From the human T2T-CHM13v2.0 reference genome, Homo sapiens, in the NCBI RefSeq assembly GCF_009914755.1, contig NC_060936.1: a stretch of 64,000 nucleotides of DNA, one strand, 5' to 3'. This document shows positions 1 to 12,880 of the stretch, piece by piece. Position 1 is the stretch's first letter, and each line of letters starts with the position of its first letter. A model generated the notes under the pieces. It was not told where the DNA came from. It saw only the letters and a list, made by a program, of their open reading frames with translations, and made no database searches. A program made the translations under genes and the position numbers.

Positions 1-29
1 AGAGAAGGAGGACAGGTGCTATTAATAAG

Positions 30-490
30 CTTTATTTTCATGATTGCTATCAAAAAAATAAAAATAAAAAACAAGGAAAGAGAGTAGAGAGTGCCAAGTT
101 GGGAATATGAAGACAGAATACATTTTTAAATAAGATTGTCACTGAAAATCACATTTCACCACAGATCTGGAAGAGGTGAGGAATTAAGCTAGGGTTAAAG
201 ATCAGGCCATGCCTGGTGATTTCAAAGAAAGCAAGGCGTCCACGTGGGCCAGGTGCTGCAGGCTGAGGGAGCACTGAAAGCTTTTTTTCTGAGAGGGAAC
301 ACAGGGCCAGATGGTGTAAGGCCCTGGGGTGACTATGGTTTTTATTTGGAATGAGAGGTGAAACCAGTAAAGGATTTTGAGCATATGAGTAACACATCCA
401 ACTTTGATATTTTTAAGGATCATTGAGAATAAAATATTCTTGCTAGAATAGACTGAATAGGGCCAAGGGTGGAAACAAGAAGGGAATTTG
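30..490 (-). mobile_element. L2 LINE fragment
   Basis: Degenerate L2 motifs (ggccagatggtgtaaggcc, aaggattttgagca, ttttaaggatca). Confidence 0.6.
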
Positions 491-1633
491 GACTTTGTTG
501 GCCTATGATGGAAGCAAAATACATATCTATTTTATGTATTTCCTAGATTTTGTGACCTCTAAGTACATTAAGATAGCAGTGGAAAGCTCAGAAATACATT
601 CCTATCCATTTTTTATAAGAAATGGAGTTTAACTTCCCTCATACTTGGTAGGGCTTATCATAACACTAATTTTTTTAACATGTTATATGTACTTCCTCAG
701 CCACTTTGCCAGCTAATTTATTATCCTGGGGCAAGTAAATAAAAGTTGGGCTAACTTCAAGGCATCTAGGAAAATAGCAGAAAAATATCTTTTTATTTTT
801 TTCTATGATTGAAAGACTAATGCATTCACAAACGTCAGAGAATGAGAAGCATTAAGGGTTCATGAATATAGAGTGAGTGCAATTGGTTCTAAAAGCTATC
901 CTCCTCAAAATTCCTGGATTGGTATTGCTTTTCAAGTAAGTTATTTTGAGACAAAATGGTTTTGCTTTTCAATATTTACATTTAATTTCATTTTAAACAA
1001 AAACAGATTGATACCAACATTCACAGGGATACCTACTGTGCTGAAGGCTGATTTTGACAGTTGTAAGATAATACATGCAATTCTTTGAAATTAATCATCA
1101 CCTAAATGTTGCTTATTATAGACAAATACATAGCAACAAATTTAGAATTAAAAGATGTTTGTAACCATATGCCTGTGATGATCTATATTTTAATCAGTAC
1201 ATACTCCTGATGTTTTTAATACACAGTCAGCAAGTATTTACCTATTGCCTGCTCTGAGATGAGCATTCAGCCACATTTGAATAATGTTTTGAAAGGTTTG
1301 GGTTGTTTTCAGGGAGAATATAAAGTAAACAGCCAAGAAAGACCCACAAAATGCTTTTGGAGAAAAGTGTATGATAGTGCGTTATTTATTGCTCAAATAA
1401 AGACAATGGATATTTAAATAAAAGCCATGGGAAATAAGCTGATACAAGCTATATGGGGTTAAGTCATTCAACACATTTTCATGATCTATATTTAGGCATG
1501 AGATTAAACTGGAAGCCCCACCAGTCAGTGTAGGATAGAGTGCCAGTTTATGTATGAAGTTTTAGAAGGAATATTTTTCTTTGAGATTAAGGAAATAATG
1601 GTATCCCATGATACTTGCACTTTCTACCTTTTA

Positions 1634-2238
1634 CAGTAGTCCTCCTTACCCACGATTTCACTTTCTGTGGTTTCAGTTACCCATGGCCAACCATGGTCTG
1701 AAAATATTAAATGGAAAAATTCCAGAAATAAACTATTTGTATGTTTTAAAATGCATGTTGTTTTGAGTAGCATGATGAAATCTCACGCCATCCTACTCCA
1801 TCCTGCCCAGGACATGAGTCATCTCTTTGTCCAGTATCTCGATGCTGTGTTATCCACCCGTTAGTCACTTAGTAGTCCTGGCAGTTGTCACACTGACTAT
1901 CGGTATTACAGTGATTGTGTTCAAGTAACCCTTATTTTACTTAATAATGGCCCAAATGCACATGAGTGTGGATGCTGGCAATTCGGATATGCCAAAGAGA
2001 AGCCATAAAGTGCTTCTTCTAAGTGACAAGGTGAAAGTTCTTGACTTAGTAAGGAAAGAAGAAAGAATCATATGCTGAGATCATTAACAGCGATAGTAAG
2101 AATAAATCTATTCATGAAACTGTGAAGAAGGAAAGAGAAATCCATGCATGGTACACATAATTATTGGTACTAGGCATAGTTTCAGGAATACAGTAGGGGA
2201 GCTGGAACATATCCCCTACGGATAAGGGAGGATTTCTG
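1634..2238 (+). mobile_element. MER44 (Tigger7-derived) DNA transposon, complete
   Basis: cagtagtcc...ctg terminal inverted repeats, TA target duplications, typical internal sequence. Confidence 0.9.
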
Positions 2239-3777
2239 TAACGTAATTGCTTTTGTATATTATCTTCCCTATTAGGACAAGAGCTCCTCATAAGTAAAGA
2301 GGATATCTCAATCATCTTTATATCCAAAATTATATATCATAAAGTTACTATTCAGTAAATATTTATTGATTGAAGTAGGTGATGACATACTAAAATATAA
2401 TTTCAATATCTAGCCCTTTCTTTAGAAGAAATTGATTATTCATACTTGTTTTAAAAACCTGATTGTATTTCTCAAGTATAATATTGTTAACTTATTGAAG
2501 ACAGGTTTACACTGTTAAGATTTAAATAATTAAAACCAACTAACTGAATTTTATTTCTAAAGAGGACTGCTCAAATTTTGTGCCCAAAAAACTATGATAG
2601 ACAATTTAAAGTAAGAGATTTTCAAGTTATAATTAGTAGTGGAACTCATTACATGAGAAAATTAAGATGTGTCATTGGTAATAGTAATAAGGAATATAAT
2701 TTTGTAGAATCACAGATATTATAATATTTTTAAATCCTTTCTTAAGAAATTGATAGTTTTTTTCAAAATCTATGATTTTGGAGGATGAGGTATTGTAGGT
2801 ATTGGCTTTGTTTGTAGAAGATTACACATATAATTGTATAAAGTTAGTGTAAATGGATTGCTCATATTTCAATTCTTAGACCTCATCTTCATTTCCTCTC
2901 CTGGAAATCCTTGTGTACAATTACCCTGGTAAATGGATGGACCCATTTCAATATTTTATATTTAATTTCATTTTAAATAAAAATAGATTGACATCAACAT
3001 CCCCAATGATACCACTCTGCTGAAGGATGATTTTGAAAGTTGTAAGACATTTTATGCAATCATTTAAAATTAATCATCACCTAAATGTTCCTTATTATAG
3101 TCAAATGCATAGCAACATATTTAGAATTAAAAAGATGTTTAGCACCGTGCTGGACACTTAGAAATGTCCAATAAATATTTCTATGATAGTTATTATCATC
3201 TTTTCTAATCTTGTTGGAGTTGTTCACTTTTAGGAGTGCTTCAAAGATCACTTCTTCTAGTCACCTTCTGAACTCCTCTTTACTTTTTATAGTTCAGCAT
3301 ACCACTACCTGCTGATTGGTTAATATCTTTGGTAGCTTCTGAGTCATGGTTCATCAGGAAACCAAGGGTGCGATTTGCATTCAAGCAAATCCTCCTCCTT
3401 CCTCCTGCTCACTGTCACTTCTATTTTTACTTTGGAGCGCAAGGTTCTTTAAGGCGTCTGGTATTCTGAGGCTTCCTGCATTTACAGATTTACTACCTGC
3501 TTCTCTATAAGAAATGTGAATTGGTGACAAATCTTTACCAGAAAAAGGCAATTGTAATTAGATTAATACCTAAGGCCAAAGCTTTTCTTTGCTCCGAAAC
3601 CCGTATTCTTTCCCCTTTTTAGACTACTATCAATTTTTATCTCAGTTCCTTCAGAGCTCCTGGTTAATTTTTTTTTTAAGAAAAAATCAAGACTTATTTG
3701 AGAACCTTATAGTTAATGCATTGACAAACATGTATAGAATTCCTGCTTTGTCTGGGAATGTTTGTTAAGAACTAGTT

Positions 3778-3949
3778 CAGGATTTCTTATCCTGGCATCC
3801 ATGTTTCTTCAAGGGTTTCAGAGAATTTTCTCTGAAATTTTATACAAAATGTGGTGTATACATTTGCATATGCATTTTTCTGGGGAATGAGCTTATAGCT
3901 CCAATCACGTTACCAAAGGGTTGAGACTCCAAAAAAGTTAAGATTCACT
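3778..3949 (+). mobile_element. MER117-like hAT-Charlie MITE
   Basis: caggatttcttatcctgg...tgcatttttctgggga...aaaaaagttaagattcact. Confidence 0.65.
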
Positions 3950-4959
3950 CACTACACTGGCAGAAATACAAAAAACACATTTCCTTGGTTGAGGAACTTG
4001 TAATATAAATGAAGCTGACACCATAAATGACAGTATAAAAATAAAGGTGAAATGCTCTACAATAGGTAAAAAGAGAAAAATCACTTAATAATCATTTTGG
4101 AGAGGAATAACTGAGACTTTGTCTGGATTTAGAAATGTTATTTATGAAAGTTTTATGGGACTTCTATCCTGTGTGGGAAAGAGTGTGAGCAAAGCCTTGG
4201 AATTAGTATTGATTAGAGTGCATGGGAACATAACGAAGAGCCCATGTCTTGAATAATATTGATTTATAAAGAAAGAAAGGTTATTGAACATGTGAGATAT
4301 TAATAATTCTCATGGTTTAAAATGTTGACTAATACAATGATACATTGTAGTTGATATTTTAGCTAATTACCCTTAGATTTAAACACTTTTGGATTTTGAA
4401 AACCTTAAATATTCTTCAAGGATGTTTTGTAAAATGCCTCAGTCACAATGATCATCATGATATATAATTAATAAAGACACTGGTCCATTTCCCAAAGGGG
4501 CTAAACACAGTTTTCCAATAACAAATCACATTATAGCAGTTTACACTGACACAGACTGCCCCAAACTTATGTATATTTGAGTTTTATTAAGTACATTCAG
4601 TACAGTTTGCATCTGGGCCTCTGTTTTATTTGATTAAAAGAAAAAAGTTCAAATTTTATGGCTAAAGAGAGCAGACATATCCATTTGAATATTCCACTGT
4701 CACCTCAAAAATAATATTTTTTTCTTTTCAAGCAGTGCTTTTATTTCTTACAATCTGTACAATAAGGTGACTTGCCTTGAAAGCATTTCACTTTTTCTAT
4801 CCAAAAAAGTTATAAAAATTTGCAAAGTTAACTTTTATAAATTGATAGTGTTGTCTCTGACTCACATCATCATATTAGAGATGAATTTCCATAGTGGGAG
4901 GGAAAGAACCTTAGATCCAACATACCCACAATAGTATTTTAGATCAAGAAACAACAGGG

Positions 4960-5160
4960 TGGGGAACATCACACACTGGGGCCTGTTGTGGGGTGACGGG
5001 AGCGGGGAAGGATAGCATTAGTAGATATACCTAATGTAAATGACGAGTTAATGGGTGCAGCACACCAACAAGGCACTTGTATACATATGTAACAAACCTG
5101 CACGTTGTGCACATGTACCCTAGAACTTGAAGTATAATAAAATAATAATAATAATAATAA
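4960..5160 (+). mobile_element. L1PA 3' end with (AAT)n tail
   Basis: ggggaacatcacacactgggg...gtaccctagaacttgaagtataataa. Confidence 0.95.
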
Positions 5161-5829
5161 TGTATCTTAAACTAGACTGTTCAGGATGCTCTCCTCCCTT
5201 CTACTTTTATCATCTTCCTCCTCGCTCCTTTTTCTTCCAAGCTTCACAGTTTCTGTCCATTGTAACCAGTCTTTCATTCTCCAACTCCCTCATCTTTCCC
5301 AAAATGGACTCATTTTCCCCAGAAAATTACTTTCTTCATCTCCTTACACTGTCTTTCTTATTTTCACTCCTCGCTATAACTGCATTTCTGTTACCTCCAA
5401 TCTACAATCCGGAGTCTATCTTTTCCTTTCACCATTTTAAATATTGCTCTAAATTCAAGGCTTGGCTGAAGAGTAACCATCTGCTAGAAAGTTTCTGAAT
5501 TACAACTATGCAATAATTATGCCATAGAACTATGCTCCTAACATGCACCTCTCCAGATTTTAGGTACATAGCTCACTATTTTATTTAGAATTAATTCTAC
5601 TGATTCCTCATGTATATGTGTATTACCTATCTTCTCACCCAAACTATAATATTCTTGGGTCAGATATAAGTCTATTTTATTATTGGTTTATTGTTTGTTT
5701 TATTTTGTTTTGTTTTCATCTATCAGATCATTAGGCACAAAATGAGCTCTTGATATGTAGTTATTAAGACACTGGCAAGATTTTAGGAGGGGAATGACAC
5801 ATAGTTGCTAGCCGCCAACATATAATTTA

Positions 5830-6030
5830 TGGTGTACAAAGCACTTTTACATGCTTTTTCTCATTTACTAATCATAGCAACACTATTATATATTATCATC
5901 CACATTTTGCAGATAAGAAAACAGTACATTTAGAGAAAGTCATCGATTTGGTTAGGAATAGGAAACTAGTAAATTGCTAAACTGAGCATTAAACTCAACA
6001 TTTTTACTCCATACCCAGGTTTCCATGTTA
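5830..6030 (-). mobile_element. MIR
   Basis: MIR core (cattttgcagataagaaaac). Confidence 0.6.
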
Positions 6031-7645
6031 CCATAGCTGTCTTCCAAGGCTGCATTTTGTACAAGAGAGTTAAAAATGAAATTGTTTCTAATATCTGTTT
6101 GATTAAAGGAAAATATCTGGAACAAATTTGTCAAGATAGTTAACAGAATTTCTAGGTGTTACTGAATTTTAAAGTCTCCACGGTGAAATGATGGTTAACT
6201 AACATTTATTTACATATGGAAGAAGGTATTTTTGGCAGCTTTTTAAGGTGTAAAACTTAAGACACCTCAGAACATGTAGGATAAAAGGAAACTTTGTCAG
6301 GGATGTCTTGAGAAACCTGTGGCAATTTGAACTGTGCTCAGGAGGAAGGACACAAATCATGGCTGTAGTGAGATCTGTGAAGTAGTCTTCCCTCTACAGC
6401 TTCTCTTTAAAAGCTAAGTAATGGGTGGCAAAATAAACCAAACTGAAACTGAGATGCATGTCATCTCATTAGTGTCTTCTTAGATCCACAGTGCTAGCAC
6501 TGATAAGCTCAAGTGCTGAGAATTGTTCAAATAAATTCTATGTGCAATCAATAGAAGACCTAAGAAAACTGTGAATAAGTTAATCACTATAATTTTATAT
6601 ATTAACAATTTTTCATTCTCTTTCTCCTGATATAAATATTTTTGTCTTAATTCTTATGAATTGAGGGTCAAGTTATGTCTGGTTTTCCTTCCATATCATG
6701 TATGGTCTGCCTGAACTATAGATCTGGCAAGTCCTTGAACTATGCTAAGTGGTTTAAATGGGATAATACTTAACATACTTTGATAAAAACCAGGTGGCTT
6801 CACTCATTAACCTCTTGGATTCACTAATATGGAAAACATCATCTTATCACGTTTTTAACATGAAAACAACCTACCTACTACCTACCACTAATTTTTAAAA
6901 TAATAATCTTATCATTCAAATTATAGTACATTTTAGGTTCTGCACATAATACTACTCAGAAATTAGCTTAGTCACATACACCCAGGGGATCAGTCACTGC
7001 TATTATAAAAATCAAAAAAGTTATAAACCATTCTTCAGTAATATAAAATAGAGAAAATATTTTAGCAATAGGAAAAATGACCAGTATAGACCTAAACAAT
7101 CAGTTGTTTCCCTTTCCCCACCTCTCTAAACACACATTTTAAAATAGGAGCCGCCCCCATCAAATTTTAAATTTTGGCAAATAAATAGAAGACTTCAATC
7201 TTCCATAGAAAATAACATTCATTTTATTTTACTGGAGGTCTGATTTAGAATTCAAAAGGAAGTCAAAATTTAAAAGGAAGTCAAAAGGAAGTCAAGATTA
7301 ATTTGGAAATAATGGGACACAAATATATATGGATATTTAATTTAGCAATACATTAATCACCCAAAATAATCTCAAGGGAAAAAGTTTAATGACAAATAAC
7401 GGTAAAGAGGAGAATTATTTTTTTCAGAATTACACAATATTGTTGAAATAACTAGATATGAATCCTAATTTGAGTAAACTCACTTTCACAGAGAACTTAA
7501 GAGAAACATAAGTCATATTCTTGAATTGAAAAATTAGGATGTATAAGTAGCATTATAATATTCTCATAATGGTTTGGACTCACTCCTAACTAAATTGCCC
7601 AAATAAGTTGATCTACTGCTGGCCTTTGCCATCAAAAATATTTAC

Positions 7646-7726
7646 CAATCTCCACTAGGATTGTGCAGATAAATGCAATGGCTGCCATCATTACAATCAG
7701 TATGCATGTACTTACTGAGGAGGAGT
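7646..7726 (-). pseudogene. Transmembrane-helix exon (may extend to an alternative donor at 7584)
   Basis: ttttcatttgtag|, 81 nt, symmetric phase 1: SSSVSTCILIVMMAAIAFICTILVEI. Continues GKYF*WQRP to GGA|gtgagt. Confidence 0.6.
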
Positions 7727-8929
7727 CTACAAATGAAAACCAATTCCTGGGAATTTGTGGGCAATTTCAATATTAAGAGCAACCATGACTAACAGTAAAT
7801 GACAGGCTACATTTTTCAATTTGCTAATAATGATTCTTGCTTTAATTTTTTTAAAATTTCCACTGCTGATTTATCAAAATATATGGATTAGCACTGACTG
7901 TAAAGTTATAATCTAGATGGATCATTATTAATTCTTAGTACTAAAATACATATTTTTGAATTAAACTTGTCAAAAATTCAATTCTGTCTCCAAAATTTGA
8001 ATCAATGTTAAGCATAACTTTCAAAGCCAACTCACCTAGCAACATTCTTCTACATCTGTATTAAAGAGGAGGAAAGTCTTAGTGCCAATAATCACTGAAT
8101 ACTAAAAAAATAAAATGCTCACAAACTTAGATACTCATGAAGTCTGAACTATAAGAGAATATCCTGGAAAAGTTGAGGCAAAGATGTCAAGTCTTCTATT
8201 TGAATAAAATTTGTTATCCTATAATTTCTGCTTACACTAGGCCAGTAGATGACAATATGTTATGAAAACAAACTTCTCTGAAGAGAAACTAAGACTTTAA
8301 CTAAAAAGATAGGTTTAAGGCTAGAATTTATCTCATGTTTTATAGATAAGCAAAAAATAAAAACCATGGTGCAGTGTTAATAAATTAGAAGTGAGTTTAA
8401 TGTTTATTTTATACGGATGATTCTGCCATAACCAAGGCAATTATAAAAAATAATAATAATAATAAAGTTGCCCTCTGCATTTCTCCTGAAGACCTCAACT
8501 TTCAGTCTCTCATGCGCAAAGATGCTTCCAGGGGCTTGGAATGAGGAGGCTAGCAATGGATATGTTTTATTTTTGGAAAATCTGCAAAAATAAGCTGTTT
8601 TAACCAATATTGGTGAGAGCACTGTGTTCTTTCTACCTAACTTTGTATTCATATTGCTTTTATAATTTTTCTTTTTTTTTCCAAAAAGATTCTGATAATT
8701 GTACAAGTGTCAAGAAACTTAACACCTGGAACCACTCCTACATTCTTTTTCTCTGCTTCAATATCTCTCCCCATCAGTCCTGCTCACTGAAATCCTTCCT
8801 AGCAGTCAAGGACTACCCTAAATACCTCCTCTCTAGGCAGTTGTTACAGTATGTTTATAGTACTTCGATTGTATCCATTTTCAGTTTTAATTTTACTCGG
8901 TCTTAATTTATGATTGTGTTTTTTAATCT

Positions 8930-8959
8930 GTTTTTTTTTTTTTTTTTTTTTTTTTTTTT
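8930..8959 (+). repeat. poly(T) tract, ~30 nt
   Basis: Direct observation. Confidence 0.95.
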
Positions 8960-8999
8960 GTGATCACCATAATGTAGTAGCAAATGTCTACAGCCTAAA

Positions 9000-9230
9000 A
9001 TAAGGCTGGCAGAGACTTGTACCCAAGCCTTATGACTTTCTAGCTGTGTAACATACACAAAAAAAAGTCACTTATTCTTTTACTCTGATTGAGCCTCAGT
9101 TCCCTTACATTTTGATACGCATCAAAATAATAGGATTCTCTTCATAAACTCCTCACGATTAAATGAAACAATGCATATTAAGTGCTTATCAGAGATCTTG
9201 GACAAGGATGACAACTCATTATGAGCTAGT
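9000..9230 (+). mobile_element. MIR
   Basis: gagcctcagttcc...attaaatgaaacaatgcatattaagtgctta. Confidence 0.6.
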
Positions 9231-9251
9231 TCTTACAATTACGGCTATTTA

Positions 9252-9678
9252 AAGCCAGGCACAGAAAGCCAAATATCTGACGATCTCACCAATATGTGGA
9301 ATCTAAAAAAGTCAAACTCATAGAAACAGAGAGTCAAATGCTGGTTACCAGAGACTGGGAGGTGGGGATGGGGAGCTGTTGGTTAACGGACACAAAATTT
9401 CAGTTAGACAAGAAGAGTAAGTTTAAGAGACCTATTGTACATCATGATGACTGTGGTTAATAGCAGTATATTGTATACTTGAAAATTGCTAAAAAGTAGA
9501 TTTTAAGTGTTCTCACCACAAAAAAATAATTCAGTGAGGTAATGCATATGTTTATTAGCTTGATTTAGCCATTCCACAATATATACATATATCAAAACAT
9601 ATTATACAATATAAACATACACAATTTTTATTTGTTAATTAAAAATTAGATAAGCTAAAATTAAAAACTAAAAAAAAT
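9252..9678 (+). mobile_element. L1MA 3' end
   Basis: tgtggaatctaaaaaagtcaaactcatagaa...gttctcaccacaaaaaa...A-rich tail. Confidence 0.9.
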
Positions 9679-11552
9679 TGTGACCAAGCCACTATTTTTG
9701 ATGTATTCTCCGTTGAGGTTTTCCATACCATCCTGCAAAATACTTAGAAAATAAATATTTATTGAAATGAGTAACTCATGAGAATATTACTTTTTTGAGA
9801 TATAAAATTATTTTGAATACAAAATGAGCAAAGATAAAAAAGTGTTTTTTCATAAAACTAATTTGTGACATTTAGGATTATAGGATTAAGTAATCAGCAT
9901 ATTAAATAAAACAACCAAAAATTCTTCAACTATAATGTTTATTCTGTCAAATGCATAATGTAAAATAATATTTGTTTTGGCAATTACTGAAGACTAAGCA
10001 TTTGTTTGCCTCCCACATAATAAGCAGACTAAAGAAAAACACATTTGGTAGCTTGAAAAATGGCATCTTCATATGAAAAATTAAATATTTCTATAGACAC
10101 ATTTTCATTTATTTGTGATAAAGATTTAATTTTAAGTATTTTTAAAAGTATTCCATAACACAATTCCATTTGTTGTTGTTGATCTATATACTTACCCATA
10201 TGTAAAATATTTTAAATAATAACATATTTGAAGCCACCGGGCACAAAAATGAATGATTGTGAAATGTGCAAAGTATTTGAATAGTGAGAGCTAATTGTAT
10301 ACTATTAAGGACAATAAAAAGTGCAAAAGTAATTGTAACTGCTAAAATATTATTTCAAGTTTTAGTCCATATTTTGATCTATGGTCTAAATTGAAGTTTA
10401 TTGATTCTGTAACTCATTGGAGTTTCAACCTAGAGAAACCAGTCACTGTATTATGCTGGGGGCCTTATAAAAAGTATAATTGTGTAGAAGAAAGAAAAAT
10501 GGGTAAGAGAAACGTAAGGACAGGAGACAAGTCAGCTATTTAGTTACCATGCAATGCAGTTATTTGGGAGCTTTTTCTCAAATGTAAACTGAGAATAATT
10601 ATACCTAATTTAAAGCTGGGTGGTGCATAGAGCACTTGGATCAATTTCTGGCATATAGTCTGTGACAGAGCTATGTAAATAAATTAATGAATTTATATCT
10701 AGAAATCCAACTCTGTATACCACCAAATCCCTTTATTATTTTCTTTTCTCTAAGCATTTAATGTAAAGTTTGAACTGTATTATTCTTTCCTACTAATTTA
10801 AATTGCTGCTTGCCCTATTTGAATAAAAAATTGCCTATTTCTATGGTTTTGCTAAATAGTGAATAACTAGTGCCCTTACAGGAATCACAAGAAAAACACA
10901 CTGAAAAATGTACTTGGAAGAAAGAATATATGGAAATATATGATAAAGAAATAACTGGGAAGATGCCTTAGGATAAATTATGAAAGAAAATATTTTAGCT
11001 ACCCTTTTCTGTTGAACAAATGAGAAAATGTGGTCAAAAAACAAGGATAAATCTATTGGGAAAAAAAATTTATCTCCTATTACCCAAAATTTTACCTGAA
11101 ACATGTTTTTAAGGAAAGAGAGAACAAACATATTCTGAAACATAGAAGAGGTGAGTTTAACTTGAAATTAAGAGCAACCACCCTCCCCAAGGGGAAAAAT
11201 ATCTCCAAACCTCTCTCCTCATGTAAACAGAGACTTTAGAGTATTAGCAGTCAACAATATTTTCATTAATTATTTATAATGTAGAAAGCCATGCCCATTT
11301 AATTCCATTTTCATTTAAAACACTACAAAATATGATATATCTTCATTTTAAAAATTATGTGAAAAGAAAATATCTGAATTATCTTCATTTCTTTTTGATG
11401 AATACAAAAAGAGAAAAAGGAAGTAGTTTTTACTTTACGATTTCTATATCTTTAGGAAGATAATAAGGAATCTTAAAATCCAACATATAAAATATCACTT
11501 TCTACAGCAAAATTACTTTCAATAAATGGAAACCTATAATTAAATAATTTAC

Positions 11553-11613
11553 CTTCCTTAAGTCTGAGAACCTCACAATCATGCTCTTCAGTTCTTTTGA
11601 CTTAACAAAATAT
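11553..11613 (-). pseudogene. Post-ZP (EHP-like) exon remnant
   Basis: tatag| and AAG|gtaaat; 61 nt, open frame YFVKSKELKSMIVRFSDLRK; phase matches the preceding exon. Confidence 0.4.
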
Positions 11614-12699
11614 CTATATAAGTGTATGACAATGTCAATAGTCAACTGAAGGCAATATATTCGAGGTAAATTTTATTTTAAACTTTTCTTCTATTTCATA
11701 CATATAGACTACAAAATAGCAAACCTGGCATTTAAATATATAATTCCTTCAAATTAATTAAACTAAAACATGTCATAAGTAGCTTTTATACATGTTTTAT
11801 TAAAAATAACACTTAGAAAATATTCAGCCTAATTTATCTTTAAAAATGTCAAATACCAGGATACTTTTAATGATTTTTGAGCATAAAAGAAAAGCAACTT
11901 TTCTTTCTCTGTGGTTCAAAGATACAGACATGGGAATATTACCCAGTAAACTATCCTTGTAGGATTAAATTTTCAGTGACCAGAAGCTAGATTGTTTTGT
12001 TTTGTTTTGTTTTGTTTAACAAATTAGGCTCAAATACTGTCCAAACCTAAAAGTGGATCTTCATCATTACATAAATTCTGCAAGCCTAAACAATGACAGC
12101 CCGAGACTGTTGTACAGAGACATATGTGAGACTTTATCCTGATCCTTTAAAATGAATAGTCAGATGATGGTTTCACACTGATACACATTAGATTTCATAT
12201 GCTGATATGCTCAATAATGCTAACAAGGATCTATATATAACTTATTAAGTGCTACAGGCAGAGCCTATGCTAGGGCTTTACATCTACCATTTCAAATGCT
12301 CATCAAAATCACAATTAACCTATTGATAAGTTTGTACTGGTAATTTAAAATTTGGAGGCATTCTTTTTCCAGTGGTTTTGAAATATTATGTTCATTAGAG
12401 AATATAGTGCCAAGCCTCTGATGCCTTTGTTGGTTTTTATTTCATGAAGTTAGTGTACACAGCACCTCTGCCTGAGCAGAGCTGAAACTCCCAAGTTAGG
12501 ACATGAACCAAATATAAGGGCCACCCAGAGCTTGGGTTTAGGCAGCCTTCCTCACCTTTAGCTCCTAAAGGGTGAAACATCTCAGAAGAAAAACCTCACT
12601 AACCAAAACTCCTAATTACTAAATAAAACTTAAGGCATTCATAAACGCTTGAATGTCTGAAATTGCAAGTCTATACAGTTGAAAATGCATTTTCTGAAT

Positions 12700-12880
12700 T
12701 CAGATATTTGCCCTTGCTACATAATAACTGTAGAATGTTGAGCAAATTACTTAAACTCAGTGTCTCATTTGTCTTATCTGTAAAATTGGAATAAGACTAG
12801 CACTGCCTCATAGACTTATTTTGAGGATTAGAGTGACTTAATAAATATCAATACTCTTGGAACGATGCCTGGCAAAATTA
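12700..12880 (+). mobile_element. MIR
   Basis: ttgagcaaattactt...ttatctgtaaaattggaataa...atgcctggca. Confidence 0.6.

Noticed and set aside
5127-5498. 123-aa hydrophobic ORF
   Set aside because: Starts in the L1 tail and runs through pyrimidine-rich sequence; no splice or domain support.
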